A stretch of 64,000 nucleotides of DNA from Tubiluchus corallicola (Eukaryota; Animalia; Priapulida): positions 310,001 to 374,000 of the forward strand of contig JAQGDQ010000133.1 in assembly GCA_030141605.1 (NCBI GenBank). Reading direction: 5' to 3'. Under the pieces are notes generated by a model. It searched no databases, had not been told where the DNA came from, and worked only from the letters and a program-made list of their open reading frames with translations. Made by a program: the position numbers and the translations under genes. How positions within the stretch are numbered: position 1 is the stretch's first letter; every line of letters starts with the position of its first letter. Below are positions 1 through 11,876 of this stretch, one piece after another.

Positions 1-446
1 TCGTTATTGATTGAGGAATTTGTTGCTTCGCGTGTCTTTTGCAATCACATCAACTTACTTTTTTATATGAAAATATCGAACATTAATCAGTGATGTCAAT
101 ATCACTTAATATCTCTTTCTGATTGCCTTTTTAACTCAAAATACTTATGGTGAGTCAATAATAATTGGCAAGTACAGGATATTAGGAAATTGTTAACGCC
201 TCTCCTGGATGTAAAACACCAAAAGGAATAGCAAAAAAGAGCACATTTTATATTTAATTTAGTAGCTACTCGCAGCTCTGGAGGTCTTAATCGACGAGGA
301 TACGATCACTGAAATTTCTCAAAGGGCTTAGTATGATCAATCATTTCTTTAAGAACTTTCTTTGAATTCTGGGGATAAAAGTGATAGGGATTAGTAAAGC
401 AGATTAAATGGAGAATAATGTTATGTCATTAAGAAGTTAAAAACGA

Positions 447-487
447 GTATATATATATGAAAACTATATATAACTATATATAGTTTC

Positions 488-521
<34 letters not shown>
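447..521. repeat. (TA)n microsatellite with an embedded imperfect palindrome
   Basis: TATATATGAAAACTATATA...TATATAGTTTCATATATA followed by a (TA)n run. Confidence 0.85.
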
Positions 522-648
522 TAATATGAAAACTGCGCCAATGATAGTGGCTGTTAATGAAGCCAATAATAATATTTCGATTTAGTTTCAACTACTATGC
601 ATTAAATTTGTAAAACACAATTGGTCTTTGGATGAGCTTAAAATACTT

Positions 649-790
649 GTTCATTCATTCATTCTGTCATTCATTCATTCATTTATTTATTCATTCACTC
701 ATTCACTCATTCATTCATTTATTCATTCATTCATTCATTCATTCATTCATTCTTTCTTTCTTTTTTCATTTATTATTCATTCATTCATTT
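649..790. repeat. (TTCA)n microsatellite
   Basis: Read directly; it generates the spurious HSFI-repeat ORFs 628..966 and 632..820. Confidence 0.95.
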
Positions 791-2568
791 ATGCAAAGGC
801 CTATGAACGTACACAAGTAAGCACTATGTTCTACTATATTCTACATTTCGTTCACCTTGGAACTTATCTAGTGATCAAATTCTCTAGGCGTCTTAAAAAG
901 TTCTTGCTCGACATCACGAAGCCGCTCAAAGATTTCAGATCAGGTTTAAACTGGATCAGATTTTGAAGCCAGGAAAAGTAGCTTGTTAGCAAAAAAATGG
1001 AATGAAAAACTCGCTGAACGTGTTATAAGCGCAAAAGTATGTCGGGAAGATCAAGAGATTTTGAAAACACCGCAAGAGAAGTTCGTTTTCTCCTTTTTTA
1101 TGGAAAGAATTTTGTCTTAGTAAAGCCGTGGAGTTTTCAAACATAAAATTTGTCCAGTATTTCCCAAGCTAGAATCCAACATTCGCCCAGCAGGGCCTAC
1201 TTAATTTTAGTATTTAATATGGATGGTTGTAGGGTGACAGAAGTCTGGCTCATTTTCGAGGCCATTCCTCTAAGACTAGACATCGAACTAGCAGAAAGGT
1301 CTTAGCCATATTCAGACATGTGTACGTCTTCCATCAACTAGAAGTATGTCAGATGAATCTTCTTAGAACGCGTATTGAACTCGGCAGTCGTCCATCCATT
1401 TACTGAACAACCTTGGTTTTGCTGAACTTTGTCTGGTAAACTCCTCAAGATCTAGTTATGTTAACGTCACGTGGAATTGTAATTAAATCGCATTGTTAAT
1501 ATCAGCTTCATAACGAAGTGAAAGCTATTCTTAGACATTGAGTGCGGACCGTCTTCTGATTTCTGCACTGAAGCGACTTAAGACTCTTTAGGGAAATACC
1601 GAAGAGCAACATAAGTAAATTACACATAATAAAGTATTCAGCACCGCCTTATGGGTGACCACTTACTAATAGCTTCTAACCAAGTACTGGTACAATTGAG
1701 TAGCAGATCAAAGCTTGAATGAAGAAGACGGAGAAAATTAAAGCGAACTTGTAATCATTTTGTATGTATTGCCGTCTGAGACGACAGAAATGAGAATAAG
1801 AAGCACTTTGATGATGTTAATGTAGAGAACAGTCCGAAGACATTTGTCTTGATGAACTTATGTCTTAGAATAGCCAGAAGCCAAACTATGTGTTTGATTT
1901 ATTGGGTACCAAACGCTTAGTTACAAATAATTAGCAAACCAGAAAAAATGTATAATTATTAAAGTGCCTGACATTGAACCGGTAGGGCATAATAATCAAT
2001 ATTCTTATTCTGGTTAATCTTCAAACAAGTGTGCACTAGTCAGCAAACCGATTTAAGTATGTAAGTATGTGTAGTATACAGGCCTAGATGCATAAACTCT
2101 TTGGCATTTTCTATATTCGCGAATTAAATCCTTTTTGTAAAGGACGTGTTAAAATTTTACTTGGTAATTAACCTCAAGTTTTGCCACTTCGTGTTTCCCC
2201 TTAGAGTTTACTTTATTTATATTTTTTAATTCACCAAGAAATTGTGTTTCACTGGGACAGTTTAGACGACTTATTAGCAAAAGATGCGAACTTAAACATA
2301 AAAATTAATATGATTTTTTTTGTAATAGTCACGATACGGTACTATCTACCTTTCTGAATCTTTCTTAATTTTACACACGTCACAGATAACTGAATCATGA
2401 ATGAAATGTAATCATTTGCCCATTGGAAGACTAACACTGTTTTCACTTTTTTAATTGTCTTAATAAAATGTGAATTTTACAGTTTCTCGTCTGATGTATG
2501 CAAGCAACACTTTCACACACTTGTTTTTCAAATTTATATATATGTATATATAAATATATATGTCCTAT

Positions 2569-3158
2569 CATGGGCGCCGCCAGATGTTAAAAAATTTGAC
2601 GCACAAACAGCTAGGGGTCTGGGGTAGCGCTGTTTAGTGTCAAGATTATCTAAGCAAAATGTGGATAGTCAAACATAAAACTAATTTGAGACGGTTGAGT
2701 TTACAACCCATCCAGTGTTCATACAAAATTTAATATGTTTGCGTGCGTGCTAATTTTTTCCAATTTTACTGCATTTTAGACCATTTTGCGGTTGCTAGAA
2801 GCTATTTCCTCAGGCAAGTTCACTAGTTTAAAACTCATTGTGTCACCTCAAACTCGTGACTCATAATTTCACTACTACAAAGGCCCCTTGGGCCCACCCC
2901 CTAAATGCAGAAGTGCAGTTACAGTTAGCTAAAAACTGTCTAGACAACGGAAATTGATAGGAGAATCGACTCTATGTAAGTGATATACATAAACGTAACT
3001 TCACTATGCAAATCAGCTGACTGCTCGGGGATTACGCAAACAAACAAGGGGTGGTGTGCTTCTTGGTTTACTGCTAAAAAACTTTATGTAGTCATAAAAA
3101 AATTTTCTTAAGAAATTCTGTGGACGCACGTCAGTGCGTCCGCCTGCCGGCGCCAATG
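2569..3158. mobile_element. Non-autonomous hAT-like MITE (~590 bp)
   Basis: Termini CATGGGCGCCGCCAG and CTGCCGGCGCCAATG are inverted repeats (13/15). Flanks TGTCCTAT and TTTCCAAT match 6/8, consistent with a decayed 8-bp TSD. Confidence 0.7.
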
Positions 3159-3857
3159 TTTCCAATAAGAAGTGAAAAAGAATACTGAAAAGAGAATAGG
3201 TTATAGAAGTTGTTTTTGTTACTCTTTTCATTTTTTAATCTATTAATTTATATTAATACTTATTTTCTTCTTCTTCGCATTTATGCTGTTTTCATGATAC
3301 AATGCCGCATATCTTAACTCTATGACCGCTTGCCATAGATATATTATTGGCACTGCTTGAATAAGCCCGAAACCTCGGCAGTTAATAGCCAGAGATACAC
3401 CAGGGAACTTATAACGGCTGAATGACTTCGAAGCCTTCGTCGTGTTGTGTGTTATTATCACCCTCTGCTTACTTACGTAATAAGATCTGTTCTAACGTGG
3501 GTGAAGAAATTGTGACTGATATATTCAGATAGGATATGCAGCTTACAGGTTTTGTGGAAGACATATTAATAAAAAACTTTCGTTACAGTAAAGCAGAGTA
3601 GAGGAAAACAAAACCAATTTGTAAAGTATTGTAAAGTATAATGTAAAGTATAGTAAGTATTAATTTCTTGAAGAGGAAAAATTGGTTTTTATTAATAACT
3701 TTCACTAAAGTATTGTTAACGCGCGGGAATCTACTTTCTTTAATTTTTCTTTGTTTCAAAATTTATTTTGTGTTGTGTATACTTAAATGGGCGGCAGCGC
3801 GTGCTTTTCAGAAACTATTCTGCATGAAACAGGTGCTGCACCTGAACTGCAAAGACG

Positions 3858-3921
3858 TGACGTCATCCAGGGTATGACGTCAGGAAAACCTCGTGATCAG
3901 GATAAACGTGAACTTTGAACT
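3858..3921. promoter_or_regulatory. Motif cluster: two CRE palindromes and a DR1-type direct repeat
   Basis: TGACGTCA at 3858-3865 and 3875-3882; TGAACT-T-TGAACT at 3909-3921. Function is not shown by the sequence. Confidence 0.35.
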
Positions 3922-4062
3922 TTTGTTTTTGTGTTTTGTCAATGTCACACAGCAGTGATGTATTTTTATTTTCTCTTTCGCGAACGTGTTTCGCTGATGT
4001 AAATGTAATCAACTAAAACCGTTTATCATGTCTTATGATAAACTGATTAAGCTTAGAAACTG

Positions 4063-4994
4063 TACCGTAAAATGGGGTGAATAGCGACAAAACCCATGAA
4101 AAGTATGAAGTTCCTACTATTTTGCAAGAATAAGTAATGTGCAGTTCATTATAATTTTATAAGCCAGCCTGATGAGTGCACAATCTACCATAACTCTAAT
4201 CATTGTGAAGTCACTCCTGATTGCCGTGGCAGCTGTATACCGAAGTAATACTAATAATAAAAAAGTAATGGTGGTTTAAACTTTTATTGCACAGGTCTAA
4301 TCAGTGGCCATATGCGGTTACTTTGTAGCTGGCAGTAGAGTGACTATATATTCAGTAATACTTAACGTTTTTTCAGTTTTGGATCACTCTCTATTTTTTG
4401 TGAATTTTTTTTAGCAGTTTTAGACTTAGTTTGATATAAACAATGGGGCGAATCGGGACAGCATGACATGCTCGTATAAATGACTGGAGCACAATACAAG
4501 AAAACAACACCAAGAACAACACAATGCAGTGAGCATTTTGTGGGTGCTACAGCCCATCCTAAAATGTTAAGTTTAGTTCTGGGACATCAGGTCAATTGGT
4601 CAATTGGCGACAATGGCGAATTTTGATGTTTGATGATACGCAACAGATTGTGCTAGCTAGGAGTAGTGCTATCTAACCAAGCTTTGTAAATTTATTCTAG
4701 ATATCAAAGTAACTGATATTAGTTGTTTGTTGAAATCTAAGTTGTGCCTCTTTTCACCTCATGTAGTGCAAGATGGGTAGAAGAAATAAAAATAAGGCTG
4801 TCTGTATTCACTCCACAGTGCGGGGTGAATAGGGACACTAGTTTAAAAAACAATGTACGATTTTTTTTCATAAAAACAAAACCTTCGAAAGATAGGTTAC
4901 GTATGTGGCCATATAACTGCCAAAAGCAATTTAGAATAAAATGAACAAAAAAGTTATGATAGTTTGAATGCAAAAATTGTCCCTATTTACCCCG
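4063..4994. mobile_element. Non-autonomous TIR DNA transposon, probably Tc1/pogo-like
   Basis: Left end TACCGTAAAATGGGGTGAATAGCGACAA; inverted copy TTGTCCCTATTTACCCCG at 4977-4994; internal direct copies of the GGGGTGAATAGGGACA motif near 4445 and 4822. Confidence 0.6.
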
Positions 4995-5273
4995 TTATCG
5001 TGTCCCGCTTCCTTCTCGTAATTGTAGAAATTCATTTAGTCGTTTGAATTTTGTACATAAATCTCTGTTCATTTTTTATCACGTCACATATTAATTACTA
5101 GGAATTATTAGGCAAATTATTAGGAAAATTTTTAATTAGACTGTTAAATTACATATACCTTTGCCAGTTTGGATATTGCATTACTAATTTGTTTATTTCA
5201 ATATTATTATTATTTCAATATTTGTGACTTTTTGTATATACCGTTTTTTAAATTATACTATAAGTCATGGGTC

Positions 5274-5828
5274 TTATAAGTGTTTTCGCAGTCTTGTATG
5301 AGTATTTAATTTGCGTGAAGATTCTTTTCTAGCCTAAAATGTCATCGAAAATGCCGGAAAACTTTTAAAGACTTGCATTGAGCGGTCATGTTGCTTGCTT
5401 ATAACGAACGAAGTTAGGCAACACTGTGCAACAAAAATGTTTTTGACTAGTTTCGCCTCCACCATTGTTGTAGCTGAAGAAAAATCCATATGCATCCGAA
5501 TGATACTAAGATACTGTTAGTAATACAGGTGTTACTAGGGGTTTATAATAGGGGTCTATAATATATATAATAGGGGTTTATAATATAGGTTTTATAGGTG
5601 TTTTTGCAGTCTTGTATGAGTATTTAATTTGCACGAAGATTCTTTTCTAGCCTAAAATATCATTGAAAATGCCGGAAAACTTTTCAACACATGCATTGAG
5701 CGGTCATGTTGCTTGCTTATAACGAACGAAGTTAGGCAACACTCTGCAGCAAAAATGCCTCCGACATTGTTGTAGCTGAAGAAAAATCCACATGCATCCG
5801 AATGATACTAAGACACTGTTAGTAATAC
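5274..5828. repeat. Tandem direct duplication of ~250 bp with an A/T/G-rich spacer
   Basis: 5274-5526 versus 5592-5828 are highly similar; copy 2 lacks ~16 bp (TTTTTGACTAGTTTCG). Confidence 0.9.
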
Positions 5829-5837
5829 GTTACTTAT

Positions 5838-5970
5838 GGCGCGTTCAGAGGTAGAGACTTCTCTCGCAACTTGTTGTGCAACTCTTCTTTGAGAGTAAAG
5901 TTGCAAAGTGTAAACAACTTGACAATTTCTCTCGCATCTTTTTGCGACTGGCTTGGCAACTTCTCTCAGC
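5838..5970. mobile_element. Possible PIF/Harbinger-like MITE fragment
   Basis: Starts GGCGCGTTCAGA with repeated GCAACT/AGTTGC motifs; I found no matching second end. Confidence 0.25.
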
Positions 5971-6714
5971 ACAAAAAACAGGCACTGTACCTGCGTGTCC
6001 AGATGTGATTCAGCTGTGACGTGGCGCATACGTTCAAGAGCTCATACGCGAGCACAGCGGTAAACTTGAAATTATAAATTTTTAAACTTAAAATTATCAG
6101 AGCTTTCGGGTATCAAACTTAATATTGTACAGTAGCACTACTTCAATTTTAGCTTTCGCTACTTGCTCCGTGGAATGTTTGTGCTATTGCAAATTATGCT
6201 CAGTTGTGGTGTCATCACAAGCTGAGCTCGCCAGTGTTTAGTCTATTATTTAATTATCGTAAACATTTTGACATTATTATCGGTGTTAAATGTATATTTT
6301 TTTGCCGTACTTCAAAATGGAGTAGAATATCTTTTGTATTTAATGTAGGACCTGCTGTTGGTTGTTAGATCTGCCGTCTGTATGTTACGAATTGTATAAA
6401 ACAAATTTCGGCATAATCGGTCAACCTATAATATTAAAAGAACTATCAATTTTAAAGTGACAGTTCGTGCCTCTTTCTCAATACGTAATGTACGCAGCGT
6501 GTTGCCAATATGTTTTCATCTGAGTGCATTCCAGCTATATGATGTCGATTTTGAAAATAGCTGAAAATTTCGTATAACTGAAAACAGCATCTCAACTCAG
6601 CACATGATTGTTTGCTAGCTGCATTTCCGACGTATTATTGACAGGTTAGGCATGTTGATGAGCCACCTTGCTAGCTGTTGGCTTCATGCCATGCTGGCTA
6701 GCGGATTGACGTTC

Positions 6715-7545
6715 TTTTGCAGCCAGATTAGTGGCTTCATGGGCATTTCAGTTCTTTGTAAGCTCACTAATGTATTTTGGTGTTAGTTTAATTGTTCCGT
6801 AGTTATTCCACAGATGTTAGATTTTGGTATTCCATGCCTTGTATGTTGATAACCGTAACTTGTATGTTTACTAGCATTGATTTTTGCATTGTTACCTTAG
6901 TGGTTTCTTTGGTATTCTACTATTTTTAGGTTTGCGAGTATTAGTGGTGTCTTTGATACTCCATAACTTATATGTTTACAAGCGATCTATATGTTTACAA
7001 AGCGATCAGATTTGCAATGTTACCTTGGTAGTGTTTTTGATGTTTCGTAAATTTGTGCGTTTGCAAGCATTCACTTTTGCTATGTGATCTTAGTGGTGTA
7101 TTTGGTGCTCTATAATTTGCATGTTTACTAGCATTTACTTTTGTACTGCTAAACTGATAGATTTTCGGTATTTCGTAGCTGTTTTTAATGTTTAATTTTA
7201 GCAGTAGTTTAGCGGTTTCATGGATATATTCTTCGCAAAGTCACTATTATTTTTTGCTGTTAGCTTCATGGTTTTATAGACATTCAAATTGTCTCCAGAC
7301 TTGCTAACAATTTCTTTGCTGTTAGCTTCATTGTTTTATAGACATTCAAATTGTCTCCAGACTTGCTAACAATTTCTTTGCTGTTAGCTTTGTGGTTTTC
7401 AGGGATTCTTGTGATACTAGCAGGCTCACTATTTTTTTTATTTTTGCACTGCTAATTTGTTGGTTTCATGGGATGCACATCAATTGTTTGTAAATCAATT
7501 AACATTTTAGGGCTGGCTTTGTGGTTTCTTTGGTGTATCATTTTT
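6715..7545. repeat. Diverged ~60-bp minisatellite array with a near-perfect 62-bp duplication at 7253-7390
   Basis: Recurring TTAG(T/C)GG(T/C)TT(C)ATGG and TTTGCTGTTAG motifs; TAGCTTCAT at 7261 and 7323 gives period 62. Confidence 0.75.
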
Positions 7546-10500
7546 TAGTTATTCTTTGAAATTAGAGTGAGTAAATACTTAGTGGACTTAAGGAAAGGAA
7601 AAGTTAATCAGGTTCTAGTACACGTATCTCACATCATATAATTCTTGTGAAATAATGATATCACTCGATTTCTTTGGAAAATACGGTTGCATATACCTGA
7701 ATTTCTGTTTTCTGAAGCATCACTATTGCTCGTCCTTTTCACGAGGCGACGATTAGTTGAGTGGTCACGACACATGCGTAGCGACTAAACCTTAGCATGG
7801 TAACGTTAGACGGAAACAATATAAATACCGTGCGTATTACCAAAATTATTAAAATGAGTTAGGCAGTCGCAGAAGAGAATTGAATACCATACAAGGTTGT
7901 TGTTATAGAACTGATAAAGCTGGACAGAATGTAACTAAAAAGTTACCATGTTAATTAATTGAGCTCTTATCGAGCACAAATAGAGGCGTCTCATCATCAT
8001 CATCATCAATTAGTAATGCCAAACCCCGTTAGTAAATGATTAGGTGACCACCATTTGCTGTTGGGCGTATTCCCCCAGGCATTTTTTTCATTGAGGGAAT
8101 ATGTACACATATTCGATTTTCAGCATCTTATTCATTATTCTTATTAATCAGCCCTATTCCGATCCAGTCACAATCGTCTGTATTAAGTAATCCGTTGAAT
8201 GCTAGATCCCAGCTTACAGAGTGGCGAATTGCACAAAAAACTCACATCGCCTTATAACATTTTGCCCGATTCTATTCTAATAATTTCTCCTCATTAACCC
8301 AGGCGCAATCTCAGCGTTTGAGAGAAATCATCGATTGAGCTGTCAACAGTCGTTACACCGCTATCAGCCGCGGCGCTGAATAGAATTTGACGCGCATTCT
8401 CTTTAGTATCGGCTTAGACCAGCGCTGAGACGTTTACCGACCGACCGCTTGCAATTATCCACAATTAATTGTAATTGTCTGGTCAAGTGTATAGAGTTTA
8501 ATGCACACAGCTGCGCTTGCTGGAAGCTACCGTCGTGTACCGCATACTGGGCTTCAATTACTGGACTCCTCCGCCCTCATGACTCACGTCTTCATCGTCT
8601 TCATGTTGATTCAAAAGAGGTGGACAAACGTTTAGTTTCACGTGCTTAGAATGCTTTACAAATACCAACTAATAAGTTGCTGCTGATTCTGCAATTGCAC
8701 ATAACTTTCTTTTCTACCTGCGTGATCCACCTACGTTGATTTATTTCATTAATATCTTGCATTAGTCATACCACGAGTTATCATTTTTTTGTACATTCAA
8801 GTTTTATTGTAATTTTCTGAACTCTGTACAACATTCGTGACATGTTGTTGTTGTAATTATAGTTTTATCATTTAAGAAAGAACATTAATGCGTAAAAGAC
8901 ATATACACTTAAAGTTGAACTAGCTGGCATATTTTTAAATGGCTTACTAAATACTGTTCATCCTGAAACTAATGCAATCCAATACGATTACGTTTTTTAC
9001 GTCATGAAGTTGTAATTGTTTGCTTTCCATTTTTCCGGTCGCTTAAATTCACAAAAATAATTTCTTAATGAGCGTATGAGAAACTGAGACAAGTCTCTCG
9101 ATACCTCAAACGTCTAAAATGGCGACCAATGACAAAGAAAATAACGAAAAATTGTGACATACATCCATGCACTGGCGTTAATCTTGACATTAAGATTTTA
9201 AGTATATGATAATTAAACATGAATGGTATGTTAGGGTGCATGAAAAAACTCAAAAACAATATAAGTCGGAATTTTCGTTAAAATTGAAAACCTTATTTAG
9301 ACACGTTAAATGAAGTTTCGCAAACTCACTGCCAAATTGAATCCGAACTTTCCCAGCATTTGAAGTGGTATCAAGAAAAGTTGTTTCTCCATTTTCAAAG
9401 ACTCGGGCGCACAACAATCCATCATACTACGCGACAGTTTCCAACTGTTCTAAAGGCTATTACTTTTGCCTTGAAGACATCAAAGTTTAATACGTTCTGT
9501 GGTCCTCTTTTTATTTGCTCTGGTCGGCAGAACTTCAACACATTTTCTGTCAGTTAGGGGGGATAACGAGATACCCTGCCTTCGCCTGTTTGCCAGATAG
9601 CGGCTGATGTCAGGACTCTAATAAAATTTTCCTCAGTAATTTTCAGTTTGAATAAATTCAATTTGCGCGCTCTTGCTTCGCCTTGGGCACTAATGGAGTA
9701 AAATTGGTCAACGCAATCTCGTATATTTCTTCAATATAATCTCGTTTCCTGCTCCGCAATCCTCGCTCAAAAACAAGGAAATTGTAAGGAAGTATTCGAC
9801 AACTGCTATATGCACGCTCAAGTTTAATGTGTAAGTTGCTTTTGTGGCCATCAGATTAACATTGTGCAGAAATTCCAGAGTTACTGCGATAATGCAAGTG
9901 CAATTGGTTACGGTCAAGTTCGGTGTCCGATTGAAATTAAGAAAGGTCTGCGCTTAAGTCACCTAAACACAGAATAACTTAAGAATGGAGAAAATCTTGA
10001 GAAGGACAGGATAGCCTCAACCACTGCAAAGCCGGCTAGTTTTGAATTAAACTACATTACTCGTTCTTAAAAGTGATTGAGACAACAGTATAACGTATAA
10101 CACACTTTAAGTGCATTCAATGTATTTTAATAATTTCATAAATGTTTAATGGGACGAGAAACATCTTGGAGAGGAGAGACTGAAGTTACCGTATAGGCAA
10201 GATAATTTTTATACATCAGGTGACGAATCTAAATGATGCCCAACTTCAGGTGATATTAGCAGAGCAGTTGTGCAATCGTCAGTGCACAAAATAAAGGAAA
10301 ACACTGTTAAGGAGGAAACTCTAATTTGCCCTACCCTACGAGAACTGAAAAATAATTTAAGCAGAAATTAAGCCCCGCTTGGAAACCATACGCTTGTATA
10401 CAATTATACACGTATTTGTGCAGTTTATGTTGCAATATAATATTTACTTATTAATGTAAATGTAATAATAATCGCAGCGTCGGTTGTAAAACGATTAGAA

Positions 10501-11445
10501 CCAATAAACTGCGTCTAACATAAAATAGTTAAAGTTTCGTTAGATGTTAACTTTCTAGTTTTGAAAAAAGGCGTGTGTTTTATCTCATACTTTGCCTAGA
10601 GTTTTGTGCTTGTTGTTCTGTGATAATGTCGCTAATCAATAATGTTTTAGGTGGTGCCACTTTAAATGATTGTTTCTCTTGTTTTTTAAAGAATATGTAC
10701 ATCTTTTTTAAACATGAATACATTGTTTCCTTTCTGAGTTCAACTTTTTTATCTGATCAATAGCATGACAGGCGTGAAACTTATTTTCGTTTGACTTACT
10801 TGGCTTTGCGATGAGAGGAGCTCTTCAAGACGAATGTAGACGCAATAAATACTCGAGGATTAAACGACTCCAATGTCCTCTTCCGGTGGTTCAATACCTT
10901 ATCTTGCGTGGTATTATTGCTAACCGGATTTATGGGATGGTCTGAGCCAAGAAAAATGTTTCCGAGCCTCTAGATCTTAAGGTATTGATTCTGCTAATCG
11001 GATCTGTGGGCAACTTAGGCATGTCAACTTTAGCTCTATGATTAAGACGTATTTGTAGATTTTCAGCAATCTTCTTGGTGTGGTGCAAGGAAACTGGTAC
11101 ATATGTAGATCATTCAGCGGGGAGTTGTCAATCTGTAATGCGGGAATTATGGAAGTTCAGAGCGCTGAGCAGGGCAACTATGCATTGTGGGGTGAAGAAG
11201 CCGTCACAGGCAATACAACATCAAACAGGCAATAGAATTTTGGAACTCATTACCTACCACAACAGCAAACTGTAGAAAGCAAAATACCTCTCTCTCAATA
11301 TGTAAGGCAAACTGAAGAAAGTACTTAATAAGTTTTTCGAATAATCAGCACCTGAACATGATGATTCCTTGAAGTGCATTTCAGTTGTGATTTCGTTTAT
11401 CCAAGGCCTTATTTGCAAGAGCGGCAGAGAAAGAGAGAGAGAGCA

Positions 11446-11451
<6 letters not shown>

Positions 11452-11523
<72 letters not shown>
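11452..11523. repeat. (GA)n microsatellite
   Basis: Read directly. Confidence 0.97.
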
Positions 11524-11527
<4 letters not shown>

Positions 11528-11719
11528 GGCTATTTTTGATTTTTACTGTAGTGCATTATCTGTACGGCCTCGAAGTTTGTTGCACTTGCACCCGATGAAT
11601 TTGTCAAAAACAGTACGCTTTTAATATGAACTAACGAACTAATGACCATGTGTCATTCATATTTATTCATAATTATGATGGTCAGTGTTTTTAAAGGCAA
11701 ATAAAGAATTTTATTACTA

Positions 11720-11749
11720 TTGCTGCTGCTGCTGCTGCTGGTGCTACTG

Positions 11750-11828
<79 letters not shown>

Positions 11829-11829
11829 A

Positions 11830-11876
<47 letters not shown>
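11720..11876. repeat. (CTG)n-(CTA)n compound microsatellite
   Basis: Read directly; source of the poly-Y/L/S/V ORFs. Confidence 0.97.

Noticed and set aside
628-966. 112-aa ORF with HSFI repeats
   Set aside because: Translation of the (TTCA)n microsatellite; no homology or splice support.
2424-2443. TGGAAGACTA resembling the 5' end of miR-7
   Set aside because: Only 10 nt match, the rest diverges and there is no precursor hairpin.
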